64,000 bases of DNA from positions 201,993 to 265,992 of the forward strand of contig LSNL01000003.1 in the NCBI GenBank assembly GCA_003056145.1. Direction: 5' to 3'. How positions within the stretch are numbered: the stretch's first letter is position 1; every line of letters begins with the position of its first letter. Both the position numbers and the translations under genes were made by a program. This stretch comes from Parcubacteria group bacterium M10-OD1-1 (GTDB taxonomy: Bacteria > Patescibacteriota > Minisyncoccia > Moranbacterales > UBA2206). Of this stretch, positions 1-9,620 are shown piece by piece. The notes under the pieces were generated by a model. The model saw only the letters and a list, made by a program, of their open reading frames with translations, searched no databases and was not told where the DNA came from.

Positions 1-459
1 GCTCAAAAATTTAATTTGGGTTTTGAAGAAGCAGAAGTTTTAAAAATAAAATATTCAGAAGGAAAGCTTAGCTCAGGAGCGAGTACTAAAATTGAAAAAG
101 TACTTAATGATGATTGCTCGGTTTGGCTACGAGGAGTGGAACTTACTTTGGCTGAATTTTCTGAAGCTGATCTTTTACCTCACAGATTTTTTCTTTGTGG
201 TGGTGGGTCGGGTCTAAGTGGCATTAAAAAAGTTCTTCTTTCTGAGAAATGGAGAAAAAACTTGCCTTTTGCTAAATCTATTGAAATCAGTTTTTTACAA
301 CCGAAAGATGTAGTCAGTATTATAGATGAAACTAATGAGCTAAAAGATCCTCAGGATATTACGCCGATGGGGTTAGCTAACTTAGCTTTAGATTTAGTGG
401 GAGAAGAAAAAATGATGTCTGAAATTTTACGAAGGGCAGTAAAAATGATTCAAAAATAA
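1..459 (+). CDS. FtsA/PilM-like actin-fold ATPase, C-terminal part (5'-truncated by window)
   Basis: Frame open from base 1. AEVLKIKYS and FFLCGGGSGLSGI (adenosine motif) plus a C-terminal TPMGLA helix are typical of the actin/FtsA fold. Confidence 0.7.
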   Translation, partial: AQKFNLGFEEAEVLKIKYSEGKLSSGASTKIEKVLNDDCSVWLRGVELTLAEFSEADLLPHRFFLCGGGSGLSGIKKVLLSEKWRKNLPFAKSIEISFLQPKDVVSIIDETNELKDPQDITPMGLANLALDLVGEEKMMSEILRRAVKMIQK

Positions 460-493
460 AAAAATAATTTAAACAAATTAAAATTTATTGATT

Positions 494-2458
494 ATGCATC
501 AAACATTTTATATTGATATCGATGAAGAAATAACTTCTATAGTTGAGAGAATAAAAAAAGCTCAAGTCAAAGAGATAATTATGGTTGTGCCAAAGAGAGC
601 TTTATTAATTCAAAGTATTGTTAATTTACGAATTTTAAAAAAAGAAGCTGATGAAGTCAATCTTCAGTTAATAATTGTTACTCAAGATAAGTTGGGTAAA
701 ATTTTAATTGAAAAAGCTGGTATTTTAGTGCAGCCAAAAATTTACAAATCAGAAGAAGAAATTGAAGTAGTAGAAAAAAAGGCAGTAGTTAATTTGAATG
801 ATGATTATAAGAAAATAACAGAAACGGAAAATAAAGAAAAAGAGGAAAAAAATAGAATAGATAATATTGGCTCTAGGGATTACTTTAATGAGGAAAATAA
901 GTCAGAGGACCAGTTTGCTCAAGAATGGGAAAAGGCTAAAGAAATAGAAAATAACATTGAGAAAAAACCATCATTGCCAAATTACAAAGATTCAATTACC
1001 AAGATTAGTGAGGACATTCAATCAAAAAAAACTTCCCAAAAAATAAATTTAAAAGTAGAGAAGGAAAGTAAAAATATTTTTTTAAAACCAAAAAATAAAA
1101 AAAGTTTAGCAGAATTAACAGTAAATCAAAATAAAAAAAAGGAGAGAAAAAAAAATATTATCTTGAAAGATAATTCAGAAACTTTTTCTTGTCCATTACC
1201 AGTGAACCAAAATGAAAAAATTGAAAACTTTTTTAAGCAATCTAACGATTATAAAAAATCTAAGGATAATTATCAAAATTATAATATCTCTAGAAAAACA
1301 CGGCGTTTATTTTGGATTTTTGGTTTGATTGGAATTACTGTTGTTTTAGGTATTGGGGCTTATTTATTTATTCCTAAAGCTACTGTAACGATTATGGCCA
1401 AAACAGAAAGTAAATCTATAGATTCAGAAGTTCTTGGCAAGACTAATATTAAGAAAATAGATTATAATAAAGAAGTAATTCCAGCTAGGTTTATAACAGT
1501 TAATCAACAAATAACTAAAGAATATAATTCTACTGGCAGTAAAGTTGTTTCTAATCAAAAAGCTCAAGGAACAGTTATTATTTATAATGAATATGGACCC
1601 AAGCCACAACCTTTAATAGCGACTACTAGAATTTTAAGTGCCAGCGGAAAATTATTTAGATTGAAAGCAGGAATAGTTGTCCCAGGTTTTACCAAAGAAG
1701 GTGGAAAAGTGAAACCAGGTAGTGTAGAGGCGATAGTAGTGGCTGATTCATCTGGTGAAGATTATAATATTAGTCCGACTAATTTTACTATTCCAGGTTT
1801 TCAAAATAGTGGGGGGGATAAATATCATAAATTTTATGCTAAATCTAACCAGGCTATGACAGGCGGAGGTAATGGGACTAAGAAAGTAGGGACGATTACA
1901 GAACGAGATATTGCCTTAGCTAAGAAAAAAACTTTAAAAGATCTTAATAAACTAGTGGATAGTAAAATTAAAAAATTAGCTGGTGAAGGAGCAGTTGTTT
2001 TAGATGATGCTGTTGAAAAAGATGAAGCTACTTATAGATTATCTAATTCAGCTGGTGATATAGTAGACTCTTTTAATATTACTATTCAAATGGAAGCCAA
2101 AGCTATAATTATTCAAAGAGCGGATCTTCGTCAAGTAGTGGCGCAAATATTATCTCTAGCTGGAGATAGTGCTAAAAAAATAGATAGTCATTCAGTCCTT
2201 TTAGATTTTGGAAAAGCGGATGTTAATTTTCAGACTGGAACTATCAACATTAGATTTCATGCTAGTGGAAAAACTATCACTGGGATTGATACAGCTAAAA
2301 TAAAAAATGATATTTTAGGAAAAAGTGAGAATGATTTGGAAGCTTATTTAAGCACAATTCCTAATATTGAGAAAGTAGCGATTGTGTATTGGCCATCGTT
2401 TATGAGCGGTAGAATTCCTTTCCAAAAGAGTCGAGTGAAAGTATTACTTGACAATTAA
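494..2458 (+). CDS. Bitopic membrane protein: N-terminal cytoplasmic alpha/beta domain, K/E/N-rich linker, one TM helix, extracellular baseplate-J-like domain
   Basis: TM segment LFWIFGLIGITVVLGIGAYLFIP. KAQGTVIIYN...QPLIATTRI...VEAIVVADSSGEDYNI...MTGGG resembles baseplate J/gp47-like domains. ATG 494 preferred over TTG 488. Confidence 0.6.
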   Translation: MHQTFYIDIDEEITSIVERIKKAQVKEIIMVVPKRALLIQSIVNLRILKKEADEVNLQLIIVTQDKLGKILIEKAGILVQPKIYKSEEEIEVVEKKAVVNLNDDYKKITETENKEKEEKNRIDNIGSRDYFNEENKSEDQFAQEWEKAKEIENNIEKKPSLPNYKDSITKISEDIQSKKTSQKINLKVEKESKNIFLKPKNKKSLAELTVNQNKKKERKKNIILKDNSETFSCPLPVNQNEKIENFFKQSNDYKKSKDNYQNYNISRKTRRLFWIFGLIGITVVLGIGAYLFIPKATVTIMAKTESKSIDSEVLGKTNIKKIDYNKEVIPARFITVNQQITKEYNSTGSKVVSNQKAQGTVIIYNEYGPKPQPLIATTRILSASGKLFRLKAGIVVPGFTKEGGKVKPGSVEAIVVADSSGEDYNISPTNFTIPGFQNSGGDKYHKFYAKSNQAMTGGGNGTKKVGTITERDIALAKKKTLKDLNKLVDSKIKKLAGEGAVVLDDAVEKDEATYRLSNSAGDIVDSFNITIQMEAKAIIIQRADLRQVVAQILSLAGDSAKKIDSHSVLLDFGKADVNFQTGTINIRFHASGKTITGIDTAKIKNDILGKSENDLEAYLSTIPNIEKVAIVYWPSFMSGRIPFQKSRVKVLLDN

Positions 2459-2476
2459 TTAAAATAACGATAAAAT
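2448..2476 (+). promoter_or_regulatory. sigma70-type promoter of the infA-alpha operon
   Basis: TTGACA-17 nt-TAAAAT overlapping the end of the upstream gene. Confidence 0.65.
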
Positions 2477-2627
2477 ACTTAAGACATTAAAAAAATCAAT
2501 AAATGATAAATAGAGGGTAGCGCTGTTTTCAGGAATTTGGTCCGATATCCGTCCTTAAGCTAAAATGAAATAATTTTTTTAGTTTGAGAAAAATCCGTCT
2601 ATTTTTTTGTTTTTAAAAATTAGCAAT

Positions 2628-2849
2628 ATGTCACAAGACAAAGAGTTAGTTAAATTAGAAGGTGAAATTATTGAAAATCTTCCTAGCACTACTTTTAAAG
2701 TAAAGTTGGATAATGGACACGAAATTTTAGCTCATATCTCCGGGAGAATGAGAGTGAATTATATTCGCTTAATCCCAGGCGACCGAGTTTTAATTGAAAT
2801 GAGTCCATATGATTTAACTAAAGGAAGAATAACGCAAAGATTAAAATAA
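2628..2849 (+). CDS. infA: Translation initiation factor IF-1
   Basis: [47 protein letters not shown] at 2628. Confidence 0.98.
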   Translation: MSQDKELVKLEGEIIENLPSTTFKVKLDNGHEILAHISGRMRVNYIRLIPGDRVLIEMSPYDLTKGRITQRLK

Positions 2850-2913
2850 TAGTTGATAATTTAAAATACGTTTCCTAAAATTTTTATGGAATGTAAAATA
2901 AAATTTATAAAAA

Positions 2914-3027
2914 ATGAAAGTTAGAGCTTCAGTAAAAAGAATTTGTGATAAATGTAAAATAGTAAAACGTAAAGGAACGGTTTATGTTATTTGTTCTAAT
3001 CCAAAGCATAAGCAAAGACAAGGTTAG
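2914..3027 (+). CDS. rpmJ: 50S ribosomal protein L36 (Zn-binding type; not in ORF track)
   Basis: Read by hand: [37 protein letters not shown]. Confidence 0.98.
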   Translation: MKVRASVKRICDKCKIVKRKGTVYVICSNPKHKQRQG

Positions 3028-3055
3028 TTTTTAAAAAGTAATTTATTAAAAGTAT

Positions 3056-3442
3056 ATGTTTAGAATTTCAGGGATTAATATTCCAGATGAAAAAAGAATA
3101 GAAATTTCTTTGACCTATATTTATGGAATAGGAAGTGTAATATCAGCTAATATTTTAGATGAACTTGGAATTTCTAAAGATAGAAGAACTAAAGATTTAA
3201 CAGAAAAAGAACAAAATGAAATTAGAAGTTACATAGAAAAGAAGTTAAAAATTGAAGGAGAATTGAAGCATTTAGTTAGAAGTAACATTAAAAGATTAAA
3301 AGAAGTAGGTTGTTATCGTGGTTCAAGGCATCAGAAAGGATTACCAGCAAGAGGACAAAGAACTAAAACTAACAATAGAACAGTTAGAGGCAATGTTAGA
3401 AGAACTATGGGATCTGGAAGAATTAAAGCGGAGAAGACTTAG
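3056..3442 (+). CDS. rpsM: 30S ribosomal protein S13
   Basis: RISGINIP..KRIEISLTYIYGIG, GLPARGQRTKTN. Confidence 0.98.
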   Translation: MFRISGINIPDEKRIEISLTYIYGIGSVISANILDELGISKDRRTKDLTEKEQNEIRSYIEKKLKIEGELKHLVRSNIKRLKEVGCYRGSRHQKGLPARGQRTKTNNRTVRGNVRRTMGSGRIKAEKT

Positions 3443-3491
3443 GATTAAAATAATGAAAGTTTATAATTTATAATAACAGTTTAATATTAAA

Positions 3492-4079
3492 ATGACTGAA
3501 GAAAAAGTTACAACAACTCAAGAAGATAAAAAGAACGAAACTAAAAAAAGTGCGGAAGCTTTAGAGTTGAAAAAAACTTCTCAACTATCAGCAAAAGATG
3601 ACAAAATAGAAAATAAGAAAACAGTTAAAAAAGAAGAAAACTCTAAAAAAGGAGACGATAAAGTAGCAGAAGAAAAAATAACAGAATCTTCTGTCCTAAG
3701 TAAGAAGAAAAAAGGTAAAAAGGTAAAGAGGCAAATTCTAAAAGGAAAAGCTACCATCAAATGCTCTTATAACAATACAATGGTTAGTATTTCTGATTTG
3801 AAGGGAAATGTTTTAGGTTGGTCAACTTCTGGATTAATGGGGTTTAAAGGAGCTAAGAAAGCTACTCCTTATGCAGCTACTCAAGTAGTAGCTAATGTAA
3901 CTGAGAAAGTTCAAAAATATGGAGTTAAGGAGTTAGAAGTTTATGTTAGAGGGGTTGGAAGTGGAAGAGAATCTTCTATTAGAGCTTTATCTAATAATGG
4001 TTTTGAGTTAATTTTAATTAAAGATGTAACGCCTATTCCACACAATGGATGTCGGCCGAAAAAACCGAGACGAGTTTAA
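3492..4079 (+). CDS. rpsK: 30S ribosomal protein S11 with long K/E-rich N-terminal extension
   Basis: SYNNTMV, GFKGAKKATPYAA, DVTPIPHNGCRP. Confidence 0.97.
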   Translation: MTEEKVTTTQEDKKNETKKSAEALELKKTSQLSAKDDKIENKKTVKKEENSKKGDDKVAEEKITESSVLSKKKKGKKVKRQILKGKATIKCSYNNTMVSISDLKGNVLGWSTSGLMGFKGAKKATPYAATQVVANVTEKVQKYGVKELEVYVRGVGSGRESSIRALSNNGFELILIKDVTPIPHNGCRPKKPRRV

Positions 4080-4113
4080 GTTTCGTGTTTGCAATCAATT
4101 TTTTAAAGAAAAT

Positions 4114-4746
4114 ATGGCTAGAGATATAAATGCAAAATGTAGAAAGTGTAGGAGAGCTGGAGAGAAGCTCTTTCTTAAAGGCGATAGATGTAACGGACCT
4201 AAATGTGCGATGATTAAACGTGCTTATGTTCCTGGAGTTCACGGTAAAAAAATGAGAAGAGGAGGCAGTGAATATGGTATGCAGTTAGCAGTTAAACAAA
4301 AAATAAGAAGAATTTATGGAGTTTTGGAAAAGCAATTCAAGAGACACTTTAATGAAGCTAAAAGCAAAAAAGGAGTAACGGGAGATTTACTTTTAGTGCG
4401 ATTAGAGACTAGATTAGACAATGTAGTTTACAGAATAGGGCTAGCCAGTTCAAGATCCTTAGCTAGACAATTAGTCAATCACGGTTTGATTACAATTGAT
4501 GATAAAAAAGTTACTATTCCTTCTTTCGAAGTTAAAATCGGTCAAACAATTGGGGTTAAAGAAAGTAAAAAAGAAAAGAAATATTTTCAAGAGTTAAAGC
4601 AAGTAATAAAGAATAAAAAAGACTTTCCGGCTTGGATTGACGTTAAAGGTCAATTAATGAAAGGCAAAATAGTTGGTTTGCCACAAAGAGATGATGTTGG
4701 AATTAATGTAGACGCTCAAGTCGTCGTTGAATATTATTCTCGATAA
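4114..4746 (+). CDS. rpsD: 30S ribosomal protein S4 (Zn-ribbon type)
   Basis: MARDINAKCRKCRRAGEKLFLKGDRC, LETRLDNVVYRIG, VVEYYSR. True start at 4114. Confidence 0.97.
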   Translation: MARDINAKCRKCRRAGEKLFLKGDRCNGPKCAMIKRAYVPGVHGKKMRRGGSEYGMQLAVKQKIRRIYGVLEKQFKRHFNEAKSKKGVTGDLLLVRLETRLDNVVYRIGLASSRSLARQLVNHGLITIDDKKVTIPSFEVKIGQTIGVKESKKEKKYFQELKQVIKNKKDFPAWIDVKGQLMKGKIVGLPQRDDVGINVDAQVVVEYYSR

Positions 4747-4804
4747 TTTTTAAAATCAATTTTCCTTAATTAGTAATTCCCTCGTTTAATCGAGGACAAA
4801 AACA

Positions 4805-5779
4805 ATGCAATCAATATCACTTCCCAAAAAACCAAAATATACATCCATTGATGAAAAGACTAGCTCTTTTGAAATAGGTGGATGCTATCCAGGGTATGGA
4901 ACTACTTTAGGTAATGCCTTGAGAAGAGTTCTTTTATCTTCGTTGAGTGGCGCTGCTGTTACTTCAATTAAAATTAAAGGAATTAAGCATGAATTTTCTA
5001 CTATTCCTAATGTAGCAGAAGATGTAATTCAAATTATTCTTAATCTCAAACAAATTAGATTTAATTTACATACAGATGAAAGTGTAAAGGTTCTTTTAAT
5101 GGTTAAAGGAGAAAAAGAAGTAACTGCCAAAATGATTAAATGTCCTTCTAACATAGAAGTTGTTAATAAGGATGCTCATATTGCTACTATTACTAGTCCA
5201 AAGGGAGAGATTGAAATGGAAATTGAAATTTCGGGCGGTATTGGTTATGTTCCAGTTGAACAGCAAAAAAGAGAAAAAAAAGAAGTGGGAGTTATTGCTA
5301 TTGATGCTATTTATACTCCGATTAGAAGGGTGAATTATACTATTTCCAATATGCGGGTTGGTAAAAGAACTGATTTTGAAAAAATATTATTAGAAGTTGA
5401 AACTGATGGAAGCTTAGAACCAGTAGAAGCTTTTTCCCAAGCAGTAGAAATTCTAGTTAATCAATTTTCAGAGTTAAAAGCTATCCAAGAAGCTGAAGAA
5501 CCAGTAGAAGTTATTGAAGAAGAAAAAGAAGATATTAAGAAAGAAATTAAAGAAGAAGAAAAAGCTATTGATCCAAGAAAAATAGTAATAGTTGAATTAA
5601 AAAGTCTTTCTACTAGAACATTAAATTCTTTAGAAAAAGGAAAAATTAAAAATATAGGAGGGATTGTTGATTTAAATGAAGACGAGCTAGGTGAGTTAGA
5701 TGGAATGGGGGCTAAAGGAATTAAAGAAATTAAGAAAGCAGTTGGAGAGTTTGGATTAAATTTAAAAAAAAGAGATTAA
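4805..5779 (+). CDS. rpoA: RNA polymerase alpha subunit
   Basis: GYGTTLGNALRRVLLSSLSGAAVT, HEFSTIPNVAEDV, alpha-CTD LSTRTLNSL. Confidence 0.98.
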   Translation: MQSISLPKKPKYTSIDEKTSSFEIGGCYPGYGTTLGNALRRVLLSSLSGAAVTSIKIKGIKHEFSTIPNVAEDVIQIILNLKQIRFNLHTDESVKVLLMVKGEKEVTAKMIKCPSNIEVVNKDAHIATITSPKGEIEMEIEISGGIGYVPVEQQKREKKEVGVIAIDAIYTPIRRVNYTISNMRVGKRTDFEKILLEVETDGSLEPVEAFSQAVEILVNQFSELKAIQEAEEPVEVIEEEKEDIKKEIKEEEKAIDPRKIVIVELKSLSTRTLNSLEKGKIKNIGGIVDLNEDELGELDGMGAKGIKEIKKAVGEFGLNLKKRD

Positions 5780-5834
5780 TAATCTGATTGATTTAAAATT
5801 AATATAAATCGGTAAAATAGTTCAATAAAGACCA

Positions 5835-6197
5835 ATGAAACATTTAAAAAAAGAAAGAGAATTAGGAAGAGTGAGAAGTCAAAGAAAAGCTTTGTTTAGA
5901 ACAATGCTTGGTAGTTTAATAATGCAGGAAAGAATTAAAACTACTGAAGCTAAAGCTAAAGAACTAAAGCCAAAGATGGATAAGCTAATTAATAAATCTA
6001 AAAAAACTCAAGATGCTACTAAGAAAGTGGCGGTGCTTAGAAATTTACGGAATGAAATACCAGCAATGGCAGTTAAAAAAATAACTGGAGAATTTTTAAA
6101 AAAGTTTGATGAACGGGATTGCGGATACACTAGAATTATTAAATTAGCTCCTAGAAAAAGCGATGGAGCTAAAATAGCTATTATAGAATTTGTCTAA
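5835..6197 (+). CDS. rplQ: 50S ribosomal protein L17
   Basis: ERIKTTEAKAKEL, GYTRIIKLAPRKSDGA. Confidence 0.97.
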   Translation: MKHLKKERELGRVRSQRKALFRTMLGSLIMQERIKTTEAKAKELKPKMDKLINKSKKTQDATKKVAVLRNLRNEIPAMAVKKITGEFLKKFDERDCGYTRIIKLAPRKSDGAKIAIIEFV

Positions 6198-6231
6198 TTC
6201 TTTATAATCTAAGTAAACTATAGTAAAATTT

Positions 6232-6630
6232 ATGGCAAAACAGATTAATAGAAAATATCATTTATTTGATGCAAAAAAAGAAATACTTGGAAGGTTAGCA
6301 ACAGAAATTGCTAAAGTATTAAGAGGTAAAAATAAAGTTGATTTTACTCCTAATATAGACGGGGGTGATTTCGTGGTGGTTATTGATTCTGATAAGCTAA
6401 GAGTTACTGGGAATAAATTAGAAGATAAGATGTACCATTACTATAGTGGTTATCCAGGAGGGATGAGAGATGTTAAACTAAAGGAAAAAATTGAAAAAGA
6501 TTCTCGAAAAGTAATTAGTGAAGCTGTCTATGGGATGCTTCCTAAAAATAAACTAAGAGATAGAATGATGACTAGACTTTTGGTCTATAAGGATAATGAA
6601 CATGATCATAAGATAGAAATAACCCATTAA
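6232..6630 (+). CDS. rplM: 50S ribosomal protein L13
   Basis: LGRLATEIAKVLRGKNKVDFTPNIDGGD, YSGYPGG, GMLPKNKL. Confidence 0.97.
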   Translation: MAKQINRKYHLFDAKKEILGRLATEIAKVLRGKNKVDFTPNIDGGDFVVVIDSDKLRVTGNKLEDKMYHYYSGYPGGMRDVKLKEKIEKDSRKVISEAVYGMLPKNKLRDRMMTRLLVYKDNEHDHKIEITH

Positions 6631-6660
6631 ATTTTTGTATAATTTAAGTAAACAATTAGT

Positions 6661-7134
6661 ATGACAACAAAGAAAACTCAAGAAACCAAGGATATTAGCC
6701 AGGAAGTGAAAAAGGAAACTCAAGAAGAAAAAAAATCTTCCCGTTATTTCTATGCGATTGGTAGAAGGAAGACCTCTATTGCCAAAGTTAAACTTTTTCC
6801 AACTAAAACTTCTAAAAATGTAATTATTGTTAATGAAAGAAAAATAAATAATTATTTTCCTATTGTAAATCATCAGGATATTATTAATGCTCCTTTAGCT
6901 TTGACTGGAAAAGATGATAAATTTAAAGTAGTTATTAAAGTTGTCGGTGGAGGGGTAAGTGCTCAAGCTGAAGCGATAAGGTTGGGGATTGCTAGAGCTT
7001 TAGTAATTTTGGATAAAGACTTAAAGAAGGTTCTTAAAAGTGAAGGATTTCTCAAAAGAGATGCCCGAGAGGTTGAACGAAAGAAACCTGGTTTGAAAAA
7101 AGCTAGAAAATCACCTCAATGGGCTAAGCGTTAA
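6661..7134 (+). CDS. rpsI: 30S ribosomal protein S9 with N-terminal extension
   Basis: GRRKTSIAKV, GGGVSAQAEAIRLGIARAL, ERKKPGLKKARKSPQWAKR. Confidence 0.98.
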   Translation: MTTKKTQETKDISQEVKKETQEEKKSSRYFYAIGRRKTSIAKVKLFPTKTSKNVIIVNERKINNYFPIVNHQDIINAPLALTGKDDKFKVVIKVVGGGVSAQAEAIRLGIARALVILDKDLKKVLKSEGFLKRDAREVERKKPGLKKARKSPQWAKR

Positions 7135-7155
7135 ATTAAAAATTAGATTACTTTT

Positions 7156-7193
7156 AAAATCTCTGCCTGATTATTTAAGGTAGAGATTTTTAT
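7156..7193 (+). terminator. Intrinsic terminator after rpsI
   Basis: AAAATCTCTGCCT...AGGTAGAGATTTT hairpin followed by T-rich sequence. Confidence 0.7.
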
Positions 7194-7418
7194 TTGAAGA
7201 AAACGAGTGTAAACTATTAGAATTTAATTAAATTCTAATTAAAAAATAAAATATTATTTAAAGTAATTAACAAGAAAAATTTAAAAATATAGTTGAATTT
7301 AAAATTAAATAAAACTAGGTAGAATGAAATAGCCAAAAAGTAGTTCTTTCAATTGCTAAGATTATTCTTTAGAATGAATTTTTATTAAAGTGGAAATAAA
7401 TTTAATTTACTCAAAAAT

Positions 7419-7447
7419 AAGATACTCAGTTAAAAACTGAGTATCTT
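7419..7447 (-). terminator. Intrinsic terminator after rpmE
   Basis: Perfect inverted repeat AAGATACTCAGTT-aaa-AACTGAGTATCTT. Confidence 0.7.
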
Positions 7448-7467
7448 GATAGAAAAAATTTAAAAAA

Positions 7468-7776
7468 CTATTTTTTTTCAGCTGTAACTTTTTTAGTTGC
7501 AGTTTTTTTAGTTGCTTTTTTCTTTTTAGCTAAAGCTTGTTCGGTAGCTTTTTCAGTCTGAGCTTTCTTTTTAGCTGTTTTTTTGGTTAGATTTTTAAAT
7601 CTTTCTACTCGTCCAGTTGTATCCATAAGTTTCTTTTTGCCAGTATAAAGAGGATGACAAGCAGAACAAATTTCAATTTTCATTTCAGGAACAGTTGAAC
7701 CAGCTATGATAACATTACCGCAAGCACAAGTTATTTTGGCTTCAGTATAATATTTAGGATGAATATCTTTTTTCAT
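7468..7776 (-). CDS. rpmE: 50S ribosomal protein L31 (Zn type) with K/A/T-rich C-terminal tail
   Basis: [33 protein letters not shown]. Confidence 0.97.
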   Translation of the reverse strand: MKKDIHPKYYTEAKITCACGNVIIAGSTVPEMKIEICSACHPLYTGKKKLMDTTGRVERFKNLTKKTAKKKAQTEKATEQALAKKKKATKKTATKKVTAEKK

Positions 7777-7868
7777 AAAGTATTAATATCTCAGAATTGT
7801 TTCCGTCAAAAACTAAATTGTTTTAGGCGAAAGAACGAGTCCGATTTAGTTAGCTTATATACTCAAGT

Positions 7869-7919
7869 AATCTAGCACATTAGATAAAAATTGACAAGTG
7901 GTCGCTAGACTGATATATT
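7869..7919. promoter_or_regulatory. Overlapping divergent promoters for rpsB (+) and rpmE (-)
   Basis: Plus: TTGACA(7891)-17-TATATT with extended TG. Minus: TTGTCA-17-TAGATT with extended TG. Both -35 boxes share TTGACAA. Confidence 0.6.
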
Positions 7920-8131
7920 ATTTAAGTAACTTGAGTAAAGCTATTAAATGAAGAGGATAGCTTATTTACTAAGTTTTCATAAAACTCATACTTTTTTAAG
8001 TTTCCTTCCTGTTTCTAATAAAAGAAATATAAAGAAACTAGTTATCTTATTTATAACAATAAAAAAGTAGCGGATTCAATTTAATTAAATTTATTATTTG
8101 TTAAATTGAAATAATTAATAAAGGAAAAAAT

Positions 8132-8935
8132 ATGGAACAAGAAGAAAAAAAGTCAACTCCAAAAGTTGCAACAAAAGTGGTAAAAAAGAATCCCCTGGGG
8201 GATTATTTTTCTAGTGTGGATTTTTCAAAGTTAGAAGTCAGTATTAGAGATATGTTTAAAAGCGGGGTACACTTTGGACATCATAAATCTAGAAAAAATC
8301 CTAAAATGAACGAGTATATTTTTGCTACTAAAAATAATATTGATATTATTGATTTGGAAAAAACTCAAATAATGCTCAAAGAGGCAATGAAGTTTATTGC
8401 GGAAACTGTCGCCAAAAATGAAGACATTTTATTTATTGGGACTAAAAAACAAGCTAAAAAAATTATTCAAGAAGTGGCAGAAAAGTGCGGAATGCCTTAT
8501 GTTAATGAAAGATGGCTAGGCGGAACTTTTACTAATTTTTCAATGATATCAACTAGAACTAGATATTTAAGAGAAGGAACTAAAAAAATGGAACAAGGAG
8601 AGTATGCTAAATACACTAAGTTTGAACAAGTGAAAAAAGCAGAAGAGCTAGAAAGATTAGAAAGAAGAATGGGTGGAATTAAGGAGATGAGAAAATTTCC
8701 AGGAGCTATCTTTGCTACTTCAGTTAATGAAGATAATTTAGCTATTCAAGAAGCTCATCAAAAAAATATTCCGATTATTGCTTTTGTAGATACTAATGTT
8801 AATCCTAAAAATATTGATTATCCAATTCCAGCTAATGAAGATGCAATTTCATCTTTGAAATTAATGTTGAGTTATATTAGCAAGGCTGTTTTAGATGGTA
8901 AGGAACAAAGAAAGTCCGTTATAGCTAAAAAATAA
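8132..8935 (+). CDS. rpsB: 30S ribosomal protein S2
   Basis: GVHFGH, LFIGTKKQA, RWLGGTFTNF, DTNVNP, PANEDA. Confidence 0.98.
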   Translation: MEQEEKKSTPKVATKVVKKNPLGDYFSSVDFSKLEVSIRDMFKSGVHFGHHKSRKNPKMNEYIFATKNNIDIIDLEKTQIMLKEAMKFIAETVAKNEDILFIGTKKQAKKIIQEVAEKCGMPYVNERWLGGTFTNFSMISTRTRYLREGTKKMEQGEYAKYTKFEQVKKAEELERLERRMGGIKEMRKFPGAIFATSVNEDNLAIQEAHQKNIPIIAFVDTNVNPKNIDYPIPANEDAISSLKLMLSYISKAVLDGKEQRKSVIAKK

Positions 8936-8969
8936 AATTAAAAATAATTGGTTAATAGATAAAACAATT

Positions 8970-9551
8970 ATGAGTTTAGAAAAAATAAAACAACTAAGAG
9001 AGCAAACTGGTGCCGGAATAGTAGATGTCAAAAAGGCTTTAGATGAAGCTCAAGGAAATGAGATTGAGGCCATTAAAATTCTTAGAAAAAAAGGAGCTGA
9101 AAAAGCTTCTAAAAAATTAACTAGAACAACTCAAGAAGGAGTTATTGCTAGCTACATTCACTCTAATAAAAAAGTAGGAGCAATGGTAAAGCTTCTTTGC
9201 GAAACCGATTTTGTGGCGCTGAATGGTGATTTTCAAGAATTAGCTAAAGAGATTGCAATGCATATCACAGCTATGAATCCACAATGTATTAAACCAGAAG
9301 AAGTTAGCTTGGAAATAGTTGAGAAAGAAAAAGTAATTTGGGTAGAGAAGCTTAAAAATGAAGGAAAAACCAAAGAAATGATAGCCAAGATTATTATTGA
9401 AAAAGAGAAAAAATTTAGAGAGGAAAAAGCTTTATTAACTCAAGCTTTTATTAAAAATCCAGAACAAACTATTGAAGAGTTGATTACTCAAACAATTTCT
9501 AAGATAGGAGAGAATATTCAAGTCGCTAGTTTTAATCGTTTAGAATTATAA
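8970..9551 (+). CDS. tsf: Elongation factor Ts (short form)
   Basis: IKQLREQTGAGIVDVKKAL, LLCETDFVA. Follows rpsB. Confidence 0.96.
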   Translation: MSLEKIKQLREQTGAGIVDVKKALDEAQGNEIEAIKILRKKGAEKASKKLTRTTQEGVIASYIHSNKKVGAMVKLLCETDFVALNGDFQELAKEIAMHITAMNPQCIKPEEVSLEIVEKEKVIWVEKLKNEGKTKEMIAKIIIEKEKKFREEKALLTQAFIKNPEQTIEELITQTISKIGENIQVASFNRLEL

Positions 9552-9620
9552 TTTTGGAATAAAGGTGGCTTTATTAACTTAATTTATTTTGAGGCGGTTA
9601 ATTTAAAAGTTTAAGATATT

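Noticed and set aside
494-2458. Prophage or contractile injection system
   Set aside because: A single baseplate-J-like domain on a TM protein, with no other structural phage genes in view.
4045-4113. N-terminal extension of S4 given in the ORF track
   Set aside because: It overlaps rpsK; the conserved MAR start is at 4114.
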